Assembly: GCA_050084985.1 (NCBI GenBank)
Contig: JBITNC010000002.1
Coordinates: forward strand, 12,524,001-12,588,000
Length of the DNA stretch: 64,000 bases
Direction: 5' to 3'
DNA from: Nageia nagi
Taxonomy: Eukaryota; Plantae; Pinophyta
How positions within the stretch are numbered: the stretch's first letter is position 1; each line of letters begins with the position of its first letter. The notes under the pieces are model-generated. The model was not told the DNA's origin. It did not search any database and saw nothing but the letters and a program-made list of their open reading frames with translations. This document shows, piece by piece, positions 52,600-64,000 of this stretch. Made by a program: the position numbers and the translations under genes.

Positions 52600-55500
52600 A
52601 CATTGGAGGGAACTTGTCTCTTAGGATGCAAAGATAGATATTGAACCTCCAATACAAGCCATGTTTAAGAAAGATGGAAAATTGAAACTTAAAATTCCAT
52701 GGGTTGTGATGGATCAAACTATAGCAAGAGGGACATTGAGCTTGATCTAGACAGTTCAAGAAGCACAATCAAACATAGATGATGTTAGGAGATGGGAAAA
52801 ATTCAAATGAAAACTTTGAGGAAGTATGGATATCCTAGCCTTACCAAATGATTACATGTTATTTGACTTTAGCAATCAGAAGGATCAAAATGAAATTCTA
52901 AGCTTGTCTTAGTTCATTGGTACTAGGAAAATTTTCTTAAAGCAATGGAAACTTGAATTTGATCCTATATAGGCTCAACTAATGAGAGCACCCATATGGG
53001 TGACACTACCAAACCTTCCTTTTGACCTATGGCACAAACTGGTCTGTGAGGATATTGAAAAATCCTTTTGAATATCCAATAAAATAAATGATGTAACAAA
53101 AGCCTAGTCTAAGATGGTATCAACTTGATTTTGTGTTATGGTTAAATTTGGAGTTAAACTCCATACCTCAATCACTTTTGAAGAAGAAACTAGAGATATT
53201 GAGCAAGAACTATAGTATGAAACAAATAACTTCCTTTTTTCCTTATGCAACCAAGTTGGTCATATCATGAAGTCATTCCTGAAAAGAATACTATAGAACA
53301 AAAAATAATGGAAACTAAAATTGCAATAGGAGGAACCCCTCCTAGAGGATGTGGCTAAAGCAAAAGGCCTAAAGGATGGTGAAATTAACCAAAATGAACA
53401 AGAAGAGGAGAATAGTGATGAAGAAGGAGAATAAGAAAAATATAAAAATAGAGTGTAAAGCTCCCGTAATAGCAACCTAATGGCCATGGGTGAAATCTAG
53501 TAAGAGCTCCCATCAAAGGAAGAATGGAATATGGTAAAAGGAACAAAAAGGGACTAAAAGGTAGATCAAAGTTGTCTAGAATGATAGTTAAAGAAACCAA
53601 ATTTCATAGATAAATAATGACAAGAAGAACATCCAAAGGAAGACATTCCTTAGGAGAAATAAGAAGGAAAGAAATAAAAAGAGATATTACTAGTGAGAGA
53701 CAAAGAACTTTGGACACCATTTGGGGTAAAGCATCCTCTAAAAAGGATGTATAATATTAGTTCTTTCTTGTAATGTAAGGGGATTGAGCACCTTATTAAA
53801 AACCAAGCTTCTACAAAAAATGTGCAAGAAATAGAAGCCTAATTTAATGTTCCTATAGGAAAGAAAGGTTAAAGAAAGAAAAATTAAAATGTTAAAGAGA
53901 AGAATTTGGATGCAAGTAGAAATGGAATATATCCCAATCCAAGGAAATTATGGGGGAATCATGTCCCTATGGAACTCATACCTCTTTGAAGAAATAATAA
54001 TGAAAGTAAATAATAACTTCATCTAGATTATTCTTATGCACTAGGTAACTAGGAAGAAGATGAATACCATCAATATATACACATCCAATAAACTACTCAA
54101 AAGAATGAGACTTTGGAGGAAGTTGGAAGAAATCATAAAAAATAAAGAAGAAGAAAATTGGATCCTAGCTAGAGATTTCAATTCCCCATTGTGTTCAGAG
54201 GAGAAATGTAGTGGTAAAATAGGGACCTAGCTATCATAATTGAAATATTTAAGGACTTTCTTATGTAACATTGGTATGTATAACTTGAGAATCCATGGAA
54301 CTAAACACACTTGGACAAATAGAAAAGTAGAAGGGAAGTTAATCATGTGCAAGTTGGATAAAATACTTGCTTCTCAAGGATAAATAAAGGAATTATCTAA
54401 GTATTAACTATAGGCCTTGCCATGAGTTGGATATTATCATAATGTGCTCCTTCTTGAGATTAAATTATGGTTCATCAAAAACCACCCCTTCTACTTTGAG
54501 AAAATATGGCTAAGTCACCTAGAGCTTGAAGATAAAATTACAACATGTCAAACAACAAATCAAAATTTGGAACTATGAGGTGTTTGGGAGGCTAAAGGAA
54601 ATAAGGACATCCTAAAGGAAAGAATTGAGGGAATTGGGTATGAAATGGAATCTATGGGGTTGTAGGAAGAGTTCAAATAGGAAGAAAAGGATGTTTTATG
54701 TGAGCTACATAATACTCTAGCATGAGAAGAAACCAATTAGAGACTAAAATTTAAAGTGACATGTATCTAATAAGATGATTATAACATAAGGTTATTATAA
54801 ATGAAAACCTTTAATCACGTAGAAAAGAACATAATTTTAGTGATTAAGAACACTCAAGGTAATCTCATGCAAGATATCAGTCAAATTAAAGAAACAAGTG
54901 TTACATTCTTTCAGCAACTTTTATCCATAGGAGAAGATTTAAATAATGATTAGATGAAGGAAATATTTTGGAATATTGCAAAGTTGGTTATTGATGAACA
55001 TAATAGGATACTTCTACTATCCTTTTCTAATGCAAAGATAGAGCACATTAGTTTTTCCATGAAACATAAAAAATCCCTAAGGCAGGATGGCTTCCCAACT
55101 AAATTTTTCTAGAAGTTTTGGGGCATTATGGGGACAAAAGTTATGAAGAAATAAGAGAAATTTAATCATATAGAAAACTAATCAAAGCTTGGAATGCAAC
55201 CTTTTTGGATTTAATTCCAAAATTGGTGCACTAAAGATTTTAAACAATTTCGCTTGATTAGCCTATGTAATGTGTTTTATAAAATTATGACTAAAACTCT
55301 GGCAAATAGACTAAGGATGATATTGCCCTACCTTATCTCTCAAGAGCAAGGAGGATTTGTTCAAGGGAGATAGATCATTTATGGGGTTATAGAGATGTAT
55401 GAAGTATTACATTCATCCCAAACTAGGAACATGTCAACCTTTCTTTTAAAATTTGATATGCAAAAAGCATATGATAGCGTGAATTGGGTATTCTTAGAAA

Positions 55501-57350
55501 CAATCTATGAGAAATTTGGTTTCTCAATAACTTGGAGATCCTAGATACAATAATGCATTTCCATGAATTCCTTCTTAGTTTTAATAGATGGAGAATCTAT
55601 AGGCTTCTTCCACTCAAAGATAGGACTAAGGTAGGGAGATCCAATTTCCTTGTATTTATTCATCATGATCATCAAAGTTTTGGGGAGAAGAATTGGGGAA
55701 TGGAGAAATGCTAAGAAAAGTTTTGGAATTAAACCTATAGGTGCAAATGTTGTTAATACCCATAAATAATTTGCAAACAATACAATAATAGTTGGTAAGG
55801 ATTTAATGGTGGAAGAAAGGAATCACCTAAAATTTTTACAACTCTATGAAGGGGCCTCATAGTAAAAAATAAAAATGACAAAAGTAAACCCTTCTTCATC
55901 CACACCCCTATAAATCAACAAAGGAAAGTAATAGATATCTTCAATTGATAGATTGAAAACCTCCCCACAACCTACTTAAGAATGCCATTATTTATGGGAC
56001 CATCTCAGAAAAACTTATGGCTTTCTTTGATTAAGAGATTCTAGAAGAAACTTGCAAGATGGAAGGGGGAAATTCTAGCTATAGCTGAAAAATATCTCCT
56101 AGTGAAAATAATTCTTCAAAGCATGAATATTTACTAAGCATGAATATTTACTAAGCATGAATATTTACTAAGCATGAATATTTACTAAGCATTAGCATTT
56201 GAAATACTAGTAAACATATGTGAGGAAATGCTTACAAATTTGTTATAGATTCTTTTGAATAGGAATGGAGGAGAAAAAGAAATTTTTCCAAGTAAGTTGG
56301 GTTAAAGTTTGTAAGATGAAGTTGCAACGATGGCTTGGAATCCATAGTCTATGATAATTTAATGTAGCACTATAGGGGAAGTTGGCATGGAAGCTAAGCA
56401 CATAGGAGGAAAGAAAATGGGTAAATATATTCAAAAATAAATATTTGATGGAGGATTTCAAATTTATTCAGACAAACTTGAATAGGAAAGGATCAACTTT
56501 TTGGAAGGGCATCTCCAAAATTAGGCACTTCTAGAAGTGGATTTTTTCTTGGAGCATTGGTAGTGACTGATATGTACAATTTTAGGAAGATGAATGGATT
56601 AGTGAAAATCCCCTCATACAAGTTTTAAACTTAATTGATCTAGCTATATGGGGTAGAAATAATGTGATTTGGAAAGCCCAATGTTTAATGAATGATAGTA
56701 ATAGGCAGAGAGCCTAGAAGATTCTTCAATCCTTAGGACTTGATATAGCTATTGTTGTAAAAATGGCCAACAATATGCTAGTCTCAACACCTTTAGCTCT
56801 TGACTACAAGCTAGATATCTAATGGTGAAAAACAAAAAAATCAGGTATATACTCAATAAAATATGAATACAAAGCCCTCCTTGAGGTAGATGCAAATGAA
56901 TTTCCTATTAAGAAAGTATTGCTAAAAGGTGTTACTCTAATGTAACCTATTTCTTATGGCCAGTATTTAGGAAACAAATTTTTACTATTAAAAATTGAAA
57001 TAAGGAGGATAAATATTTATCAATAGATACTCTTTGAGTTGCAAAGAGGAATAATTAGTTGATCATTTATGCCAATTATGCCCTTTCTTTTAGGAAGTCT
57101 CAAGTGAAATCTTAGGGGAGAAGAGATTCAAGTTTGGCATTGATATGGTTGAGTTAGTTTCTAAATGCCCTCATAATTAATATTTGTGGTAAATAAGAAA
57201 ATTGAATATGGGAAATTATTCTCCCCCATATGCTTTGAGAATTATGGAAGGAAAGAAATAGGAAAATACTCCAAGAGAAAATAATGATAGTGGAAAGATT
57301 GATAAGAAAAAATTGATATATGGTTGATGAGAACTAGAAACATATTTGGA
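52600..57350 (+). mobile_element. Decayed near-full-length L1-type LINE
   Basis: ORF1 DUF4283-like (FLKQWK..FDP, PIWVTLPNLPFDLW ~53000), endonuclease (CNVRGL ~53770), RT motifs ([37 protein letters not shown]). Boundaries approximate. Confidence 0.88.
56119..56192. repeat. Perfect 17-bp tandem repeat x4.3 inside the LINE
   Basis: AAGCATGAATATTTACT x4 plus AAGCAT. Confidence 0.97.
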
Positions 57351-57599
57351 AATATGAAATATAGGATGTAGATTCAAGTACAAGAGGTGGGAAAGCAATA
57401 CACTCACATGATAAGCATGAATGATAAAAGGCAAGTTCAGAGGAACGCATGTGCAAAAGTGGCATGCCCTCTCTTTATACAAATGCCACAAATTGAGTGA
57501 AGGTTAGCTATTGATTATGAGGATAGGTGGAGAGCCCATATTTGCTATCTTAGATTGCATCCCATGATTTACTTATTAAAAATGATAAATCATAGCCAC

Positions 57600-58620
57600 T
57601 CTACATTCTAGTTGCATGCAGAGAGGGTTACAGGCCAAAAGCCTCTAAAACCAACTACGGGGGAAGAAATTAGGGGGTACCAAGTAGTCTGGCATATCTT
57701 ATGCAATGTGGGTATAGATGGATTTATGGATAACTTGAATGGACAAAATCCCAATGAGATAATGTAGGTTGTAGCTTCTTGGAATGAAGGAAGTGTCATG
57801 GTAGATAAGTGTCACTTTTTAATTAGTCCTAACTGATTGAAGCAGCTACAAGGATGACCAATTCAAACCATATGTATAGTAGGAAAATTAGGACTTCAAT
57901 TTTTAAGTGAAAACATTCTACAAGAAAGGGGTACCTCTCCCAAAGATAAGGAAATTAGCCTACCTAATTGCATCTATTTGATATTCTTGGAATGAGGTGG
58001 TGAAATTCATTGTGAAACTATTCACTATGGAATGTAGATACATTGAACTATTTGGGTTTCACTTTGTTTTGCTAAATCAGTTTAGAGGAGAGTATAGGAT
58101 CAATCTCCCCTACTTTATATATAATTCAATAGATTTATATATTAGAAACCTTAGTGAAACAATTCCAATGTATCAAGGATTAATTAAAATTTTGGTGGAT
58201 TTTAAGCATATGAGGGACATAGGGTAATGTCTCTATTTCAATAGGTACGTGAACCCTCTTTGAGAGACCCAATTTCCATATATTCTTTGAGTAGTATTTC
58301 AAAACTAAGACTTCCCCCAATCAAGAATCCTATCACCTCCTTGATTATTATTGTCTTTTTAAACTTGAAGGACTTACTATTGGTTGATGGTGATAATGAA
58401 GCTATGTCTAAGAGAAGGGGAAAAATTTTGGTATAATTTGAAGATGATGAAGGATTGGATGAAGAGATGGAGGTTGAAGAAGAAAAGGAGGAAGAACTAT
58501 TGAGAGCCCTTGTTACTATGGGCACAATGGATATGAAGGACAATTCCCTTGAGGTAACCCTTTGCTAGATGATAGAGGAAGAGTCTTAAGATCTCAGGCT
58601 CCTCTAGAAGAACTAGATGA
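57600..58620 (+). pseudogene. Decayed orphan ORF resembling retrotransposon accessory (extra) ORFs
   Basis: Protein-like frame pieces WHILCNVGIDGFMDNLNG..., FHFVLLNQFRGEYRINLPYFIY...YQGLIKIL, followed by an acidic tract. No gag/pol motifs. Confidence 0.45.
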
Positions 58621-59689
58621 CATACATTGGTCACCCTAGTAACTAAAAATAAGGATGTGGATGTTAACTCCCCTATGGGAAACCAAATCCAATTAAACGA
58701 GGATGAGATGGATGATATCCCCCATAAGAGGAATAGATTCCTCTGAAAAACTTCTCCCGATAGGATCTTGCTAGACTTGTAAGTTGTAGAATCTCATCCC
58801 TAAAATGGGATTAAAAAAAGTATACAAGAAACAAAGACACTTTTTTTAAAAGGGGATGAATTTGAAGGAGAGCAAAATAATGGAGGAACGTTCATTAGCC
58901 ATACAAGAAATGAAGGCTATTCAATACCCATGGTATAATAAAAAAAAGCTTGATAGGGATAGGTAGAAGGTGACCTTGGCTTCTAATAAAAAAGAAATCC
59001 CCATGTCCTTTCCAATCTCAAAATTAGAACTTCTTTGGCACTATTTCAATAAGAAAGACTCAAATATTGAAGGTTATTTGAGCTTGGTAGTACATCTAGT
59101 ACGATAAGGAGGTAGTGAAGAAAGATTATACTCCGTAACGTTTTGTTTAACTATGGCAAAACTTTGTGATAAGATTTTTGACTCAAATGTAATACTACAA
59201 AATATCTATACTCTCATGTACATACAAGATTTGGGTCCCTATTTTGTGGAAAACTTGTTGTAAATTATTTTTACCCTTATAAAAAAAAGGATAATTCTAG
59301 ATATAATAATTATTAAGAATAAATAACTTTTATTTGCACATGATTAACAAGTGTATAGTAAAATTATCATTTGTATATATATGAGGATGATTTTTGTAAC
59401 TATTATTTTAGGATTTAGGAGTGATGGCATTTAAATGGATAAAAGAAAAACACAACAATATAACTTCTCTTTCTAGGCTAGATATTGACTCATTGAATAC
59501 ATGAATTTTCTTTGATTTTTCCTATGAAATGAGATTTTTAAATTAAGAGGAAATAATATAAATATTAATTTTTTAGGTAGATATTAATGTGTATACCATT
59601 TATTTTTTGGTGAATTTATTTCTATATATATTTTTTTGTTTAAGAAATTTCCTTAAAAAAGATGCTTTTGAAAATTTATTTGTTTAATT

Positions 59690-61870
59690 GTACTAGAAAG
59701 TTGACTTTTATAAATGGATATTACTTTTGATGATTTTTCAAGTTAGTTGGAATGGCCTATGATTTGAATCCATTCTAGGTAAGGAACTTAACTCATAGTG
59801 TTGGAATGCTTCCAACCATTCCATATTTGCAAGAAATATATCCAATATTCTTTGAATTAGGTCATTACCACATCTTTTATTTGACCATATAAATTTGTAA
59901 CCTTTCAAGTATAGGTCTATTGATTCTAGCTATGGAATTAATAAAACCTCATAAAATATCATATACTCATTGATAGTCCTTTGTTCCCTCCCTATTTATC
60001 CTCCAGATTATGAGTTGAGTTTAAATATCCTCCTAATAACCAAGCTTGCTCTGGAAGGTTTTGCCTATTACCCACTACTCTCTTCCAGAATTTCATTCTA
60101 TTATATAATAAATTTGAAGCATATACATTAGAAATAATAAAGGAATAATTATCATTAAAATATTTTACCTTTATTGATATACATTTATCTGATCCAAAGG
60201 GGATTCTTTGGATTGATAATTTGCTAGGATTTACCAACATCCAAAGGCCTCTTGCTATGATGGTTTATCCTATTACCTTTATTAATCCTTCATTCCATAT
60301 TTTGTCTTTAATATTTTAAACTTTTTTTATTTGAAATTTAGTTTCATAAAATAACTATATATGGTTTATATTTTTACTCTAGTTCCCTCACAACTTTTTA
60401 TTTCCTAGGAAATTTGCAACCCCAAATATTCAAACAAATGAGTTTCATTTAGATATCTTTTAGGTGGATTTACCACTTCTACTTTTCTCCCAAGTGTTTA
60501 TTCCTTTATTTTAATTTCATTTACTTCATTTCTTTCCTTTCTTTCTATAATATATCACACTTATTGTGTTCATGATTATTTTTATTCCAATGTATGTTTA
60601 TTTCTTGTTGTGTCTTAGTTTTTAATTTTTATCCTTTTTCCATCCTCAATCAATCTCCTTTGTTTTGAGTTGTCTATTCATGGTGTTGCATATTTACCTC
60701 ATCCTTATATCTTTCATCTATGTATCCTTCTTACTCTTCATCCTCTTCGACATCCCTTCCTTTGTTCCATTTCTTTGGGGTGTTCTCAATTCTTTTGCAT
60801 CCTCCATATGGAATTGTATTTATTGCACTTGAGATGGTTCTATTTTTATTTTTATAATATTTTATTCTTAATTTTCTTAATTTTGATATGAGAGGTTTGA
60901 AAATTTATTCTTTATTGAATTCATTATTCTAATATCTAATATTTTATTTCCTTGGAAATGATTACATTCTTTTATCTTGTTGTCTTGTTGAGCTTTTTTA
61001 TATATTATTTCTTGGTCTCCTTAAGATCTCTCATTCTGAATGTGTTTCTCTTTTCCTTTCCTTTGGTTTGTATTCTCTACTCTTTTATTTATTTATTTAT
61101 CCTCAATGCATTTTTTTCTTAGATGGTGGTTGTTGTTCCTTAGGTATCATCAGACAATCTTACTTCATATTTCCATAGATCTTAGAAATCAGAAAGGCTA
61201 CTAACTTTAGCTCATAAGAAATTTCTTAGACATGCTCTCCCTTCCTATTTTTTTAAGAATATTCTAGTTTTTAATTGTTTTGTCACATATATATTTACAT
61301 AGAATCAAGATGAGTTATTTTTTACTTTTAATCTTGTTTATTTTTCCAAACATATAAATTCTCCTAAATTTCTTGTAATACCTTCTATCACCTCTGCAAA
61401 CCAAAATTTCCAATAGTATATTTTGTAGATTTACCCATATTGGTACTATATCCAAGGACTCTTTTTCTAACTTGAACCTCATGTGCCACTTATTGAGATA
61501 TAATCCACTTTTCCAAAAGCACCAAGGGCCATTAACCAATACCCATTCTATATATGAATCTTGGAGATTAAATTCAAATAATACAAAATCACAAGGAAGA
61601 GTTGCTAGATATACTAATCCTAAATGATTAACTAGTCACTTTTGATACATGTTTGAATTTTCTTTAGAACTGGTCTAGCTCCCATGAATAAGGATAGTTT
61701 CTTTATAGCTTCTATATTTTGATAAGCTTCACCTATTATATTGATTTGAGACATACTATTATAATATTCCATATTCTATATTTGAATTGGAATACCAAAT
61801 TATATTCTACAAGGATCATTTTATTTCATTTCTCCCATATGTTTATGGGGAACCCTCCTCCCTACAACAA
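59690..61870 (-). mobile_element. Truncated L1-type LINE (ORF1 and endonuclease only)
   Basis: Minus-strand DUF4283-like NGPWCFWKSGLYLNKW...VPIWVNL (61315-61539) and endonuclease NVYAS...WLLGGYLN (59992-60240). Confidence 0.8.
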
Positions 61871-61934
61871 ATACATGGAGGGTTTGATAAACAAATACTT
61901 ACCTCTAACTTATTCACATGAACCATTTAGTTAG

Positions 61935-61972
61935 TTTGTTGTTGTTCATTCAATCTATTTTTATTATTACTA

Positions 61973-62006
<34 letters not shown>

Positions 62007-62050
62007 ATATAAAATATATATCTTGTACAAACTATACTATTGGATCCTAT
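61935..62050 (+). repeat. Remnant of the duplication unit's downstream flank, with a (TAT)n expansion
   Basis: TATAAAATATATATCTTGTACAAACTATACTATTGGATCCTATA matches 4005-4050 and 26570-26614. Confidence 0.65.
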
Positions 62051-62435
62051 AAGGGAAGAGGGGTAGTCCACAAGGTTAAATATCTATGGGAAACTAGTAT
62101 AAGGGATTTTTTTAAGAGATTTTGATGTTATATGTTTATAGGAGAGATTTTGTATTTAAAGAATGTTGGAGGATTGTTGGTAGAAGTAGATCTTATAGAA
62201 TTGGAGTTTGTAAGGGTTGTGTTATGTAAGAAGTTTTTATTTGGGTGTAGTTGCACTTTAGACTAATATAATTGTATGTTTTATTAGCAATCAATATATA
62301 TCAAACATTTAGTTGAAAATGGATGTTTTTGCACATTGGGATTTACCACTATATTTACCTTCATTATTTTGTGTGTGTGTATTATATGATTGGTTATATA
62401 TTATAATTTTAATTAATTATTCCTCATATAACAAC
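62048..62435 (+). mobile_element. Probable solo LTR
   Basis: U5-like GGATGTTTTTGCACATTGGGATTTACCAC, ends ...AACAACA. No TSD found. Confidence 0.4.
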
Positions 62436-62867
62436 ATACTTAATGAAAATTATAATTAAAAAATAGTAAAATTTATATTTCAAAGATCCATACAAATGTG
62501 TTTTATTGATTATTATAGATTATGTGGTAGCAAAGTTGATATGTGGGTAGGGTAGAAGATATAAGAATTTACAACTAGTCTTATACAACCTAAAAATTTG
62601 AAGAAGCAAGATAAATACCAACAAGCATAAAGAGCAACAATCAATATGACCATCCAATAATGATTTTTTTACAAGATTCCTTAATATGGAGAGTACTCTT
62701 GCTCAAATCATGGTATAGATACAAGGAAAACAACTTGTAGATGGGGATAAATGATAAACTTATAAGATATAGAGAACATTTGATGGTGTATGCCCTTATT
62801 TTGTGCCCTTCAAGATGGAACCAAAAATTTAAATTCCTACTTTTTGAGAAGTTCTTTTGTCAAGAAT

Positions 62868-63109
62868 TTGAACAATTAGTTGATGTATTTGAATTTTTAT
62901 TTCCAAGTTCAATATGTAACTAATGGTGAACAAAAATTCTTTTTTTAGCATAAGGATTTTTGGAACTTCCTAAGTATGTGCTACCATTTGTTGTAAACTT
63001 ATATTTTTAGTTATATTCTATTTTCAACTTTAGTCTCAACCTTAAATTTATAAAAGACCAATCCAATGAATCAATTTGATCTATATTTATCTTTATATTA
63101 AACTTGAGT
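62868..63109 (+). repeat. Paralog of window positions 1-350
   Basis: AATATGTAAC.AATGGT.AACA and AATCCAATGAATCAATTTGATCTA are shared. Confidence 0.85.
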
Positions 63110-64000
63110 TGTTGATAATGTTGGGATGGATCCTAAGTACCAATACTAAACATGCTTCCAAACAGGTAGTAAAAAAGTTGGAGGAAAAAAGCCAGGTTGG
63201 AATTTCAATGTACTATGTAAAGCTAGGGTGGAGCTTCCATGAGTTGTTAGGAGTTACAATACGCTATACAAAACCAAGCTAGATATTATAATTTTTACAA
63301 ATTTCCTAATATTATATATAGGCCATGATGTATATATTGAAGATGTACTACTTCTGTGTATGGGTTGAGCATTGTAGATTAGTAATGTCTATTAGAGAGA
63401 AATAAATAGATTTATTAAAAATTTCAAGAGTGTAATATCTAATCTTGAATGTTCATTTGAGATAGAACAACAAGTAAGTGTTGTTGATGTATTTCATTCT
63501 AGATGTAATGCTTCCAAGCACAAGTATTGATAGCTTTTCTAAGGATGTAGCCCACACTGGGTGAAGCTTGTTAATTTTCTTGTCTCCTCATTTGTGATTT
63601 AGATTTTGTTTACTATTTTCTATTGACATTATTTGTTTTGAATATTTAAATTAAATAGAAAATACATTACATGTTGAAAAATCCAAAATTTATTCATACC
63701 AATAGCTAGCATCAGAGCTTTTGTGTTGGTGCTTGACAATTGCTTATGAGTTTGTGTTTTATCAAGCAAAGTAATATGGCAGAGGAAAGACTAAGGGTAA
63801 AAGAATTAAATCATACAAATTTTTAATATTGGAAGATCCAAATGGATGATTACCTTTATCAAAAGGATCTCCACTTTCCTCTTGAAGAAAAGAAACTTGT
63901 AAATTTTAATGATGATGAATGGAGATTCTTTGATAGAAAGTCATTGGGAACTATGTGGTTATTTATTAACTCAAGTGTTGCCTTCAATATCTCCAAAGAG
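63110..64000 (+). mobile_element. 5' part of a Ty1/copia element (Tnt1/Tork-like gag), running off the window
   Basis: LTR 63110-63704, decayed PBS TAGCATCAGAGC 63707, gag from ATG 63776 (MAEER...YWKIQMDDYLYQKDLH). Confidence 0.85.

Noticed and set aside
58238-58543. 101-aa Ser-rich minus-strand ORF
   Set aside because: Antisense shadow of the Glu/Asp-rich plus-strand tract.

Overview
This is a very AT-rich plant nuclear region, and the TE families and decay pattern look gymnosperm-like (inference). I found no intact host protein-coding gene. The apparent functional core is a duplicated MIR156/MIR529-superfamily locus: copy A at about 0.95-4.3 kb and copy B at about 22.5-26.8 kb. Each copy has a CpG-retaining distal conserved element and promoter (CCAAT, TATA, CGTAC SBP-type site). 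Each then has a 10-codon ORF (MAC[K/R]HW[M/V]GFV, a candidate miPEP), a stem-loop carrying the AGAAGAGAGA[G/A]AGCAC core, and a putative 103-nt intron. Hairpin-less remnants of the same duplication unit recur near 43, 59, 62 and 63 kb. Between them lie decayed TEs: three full-length Ty3/gypsy chromoviruses with LTRs, PBS, PPT and TSD, one full and one partial Ty1/copia, two L1 LINEs, and minisatellites. There is also an unexplained 4.3-kb head-to-tail tandem insertion (about 1.75 units) that ends near a Helitron-like 3' terminus. Identities quoted are visual estimates and no database search was run.
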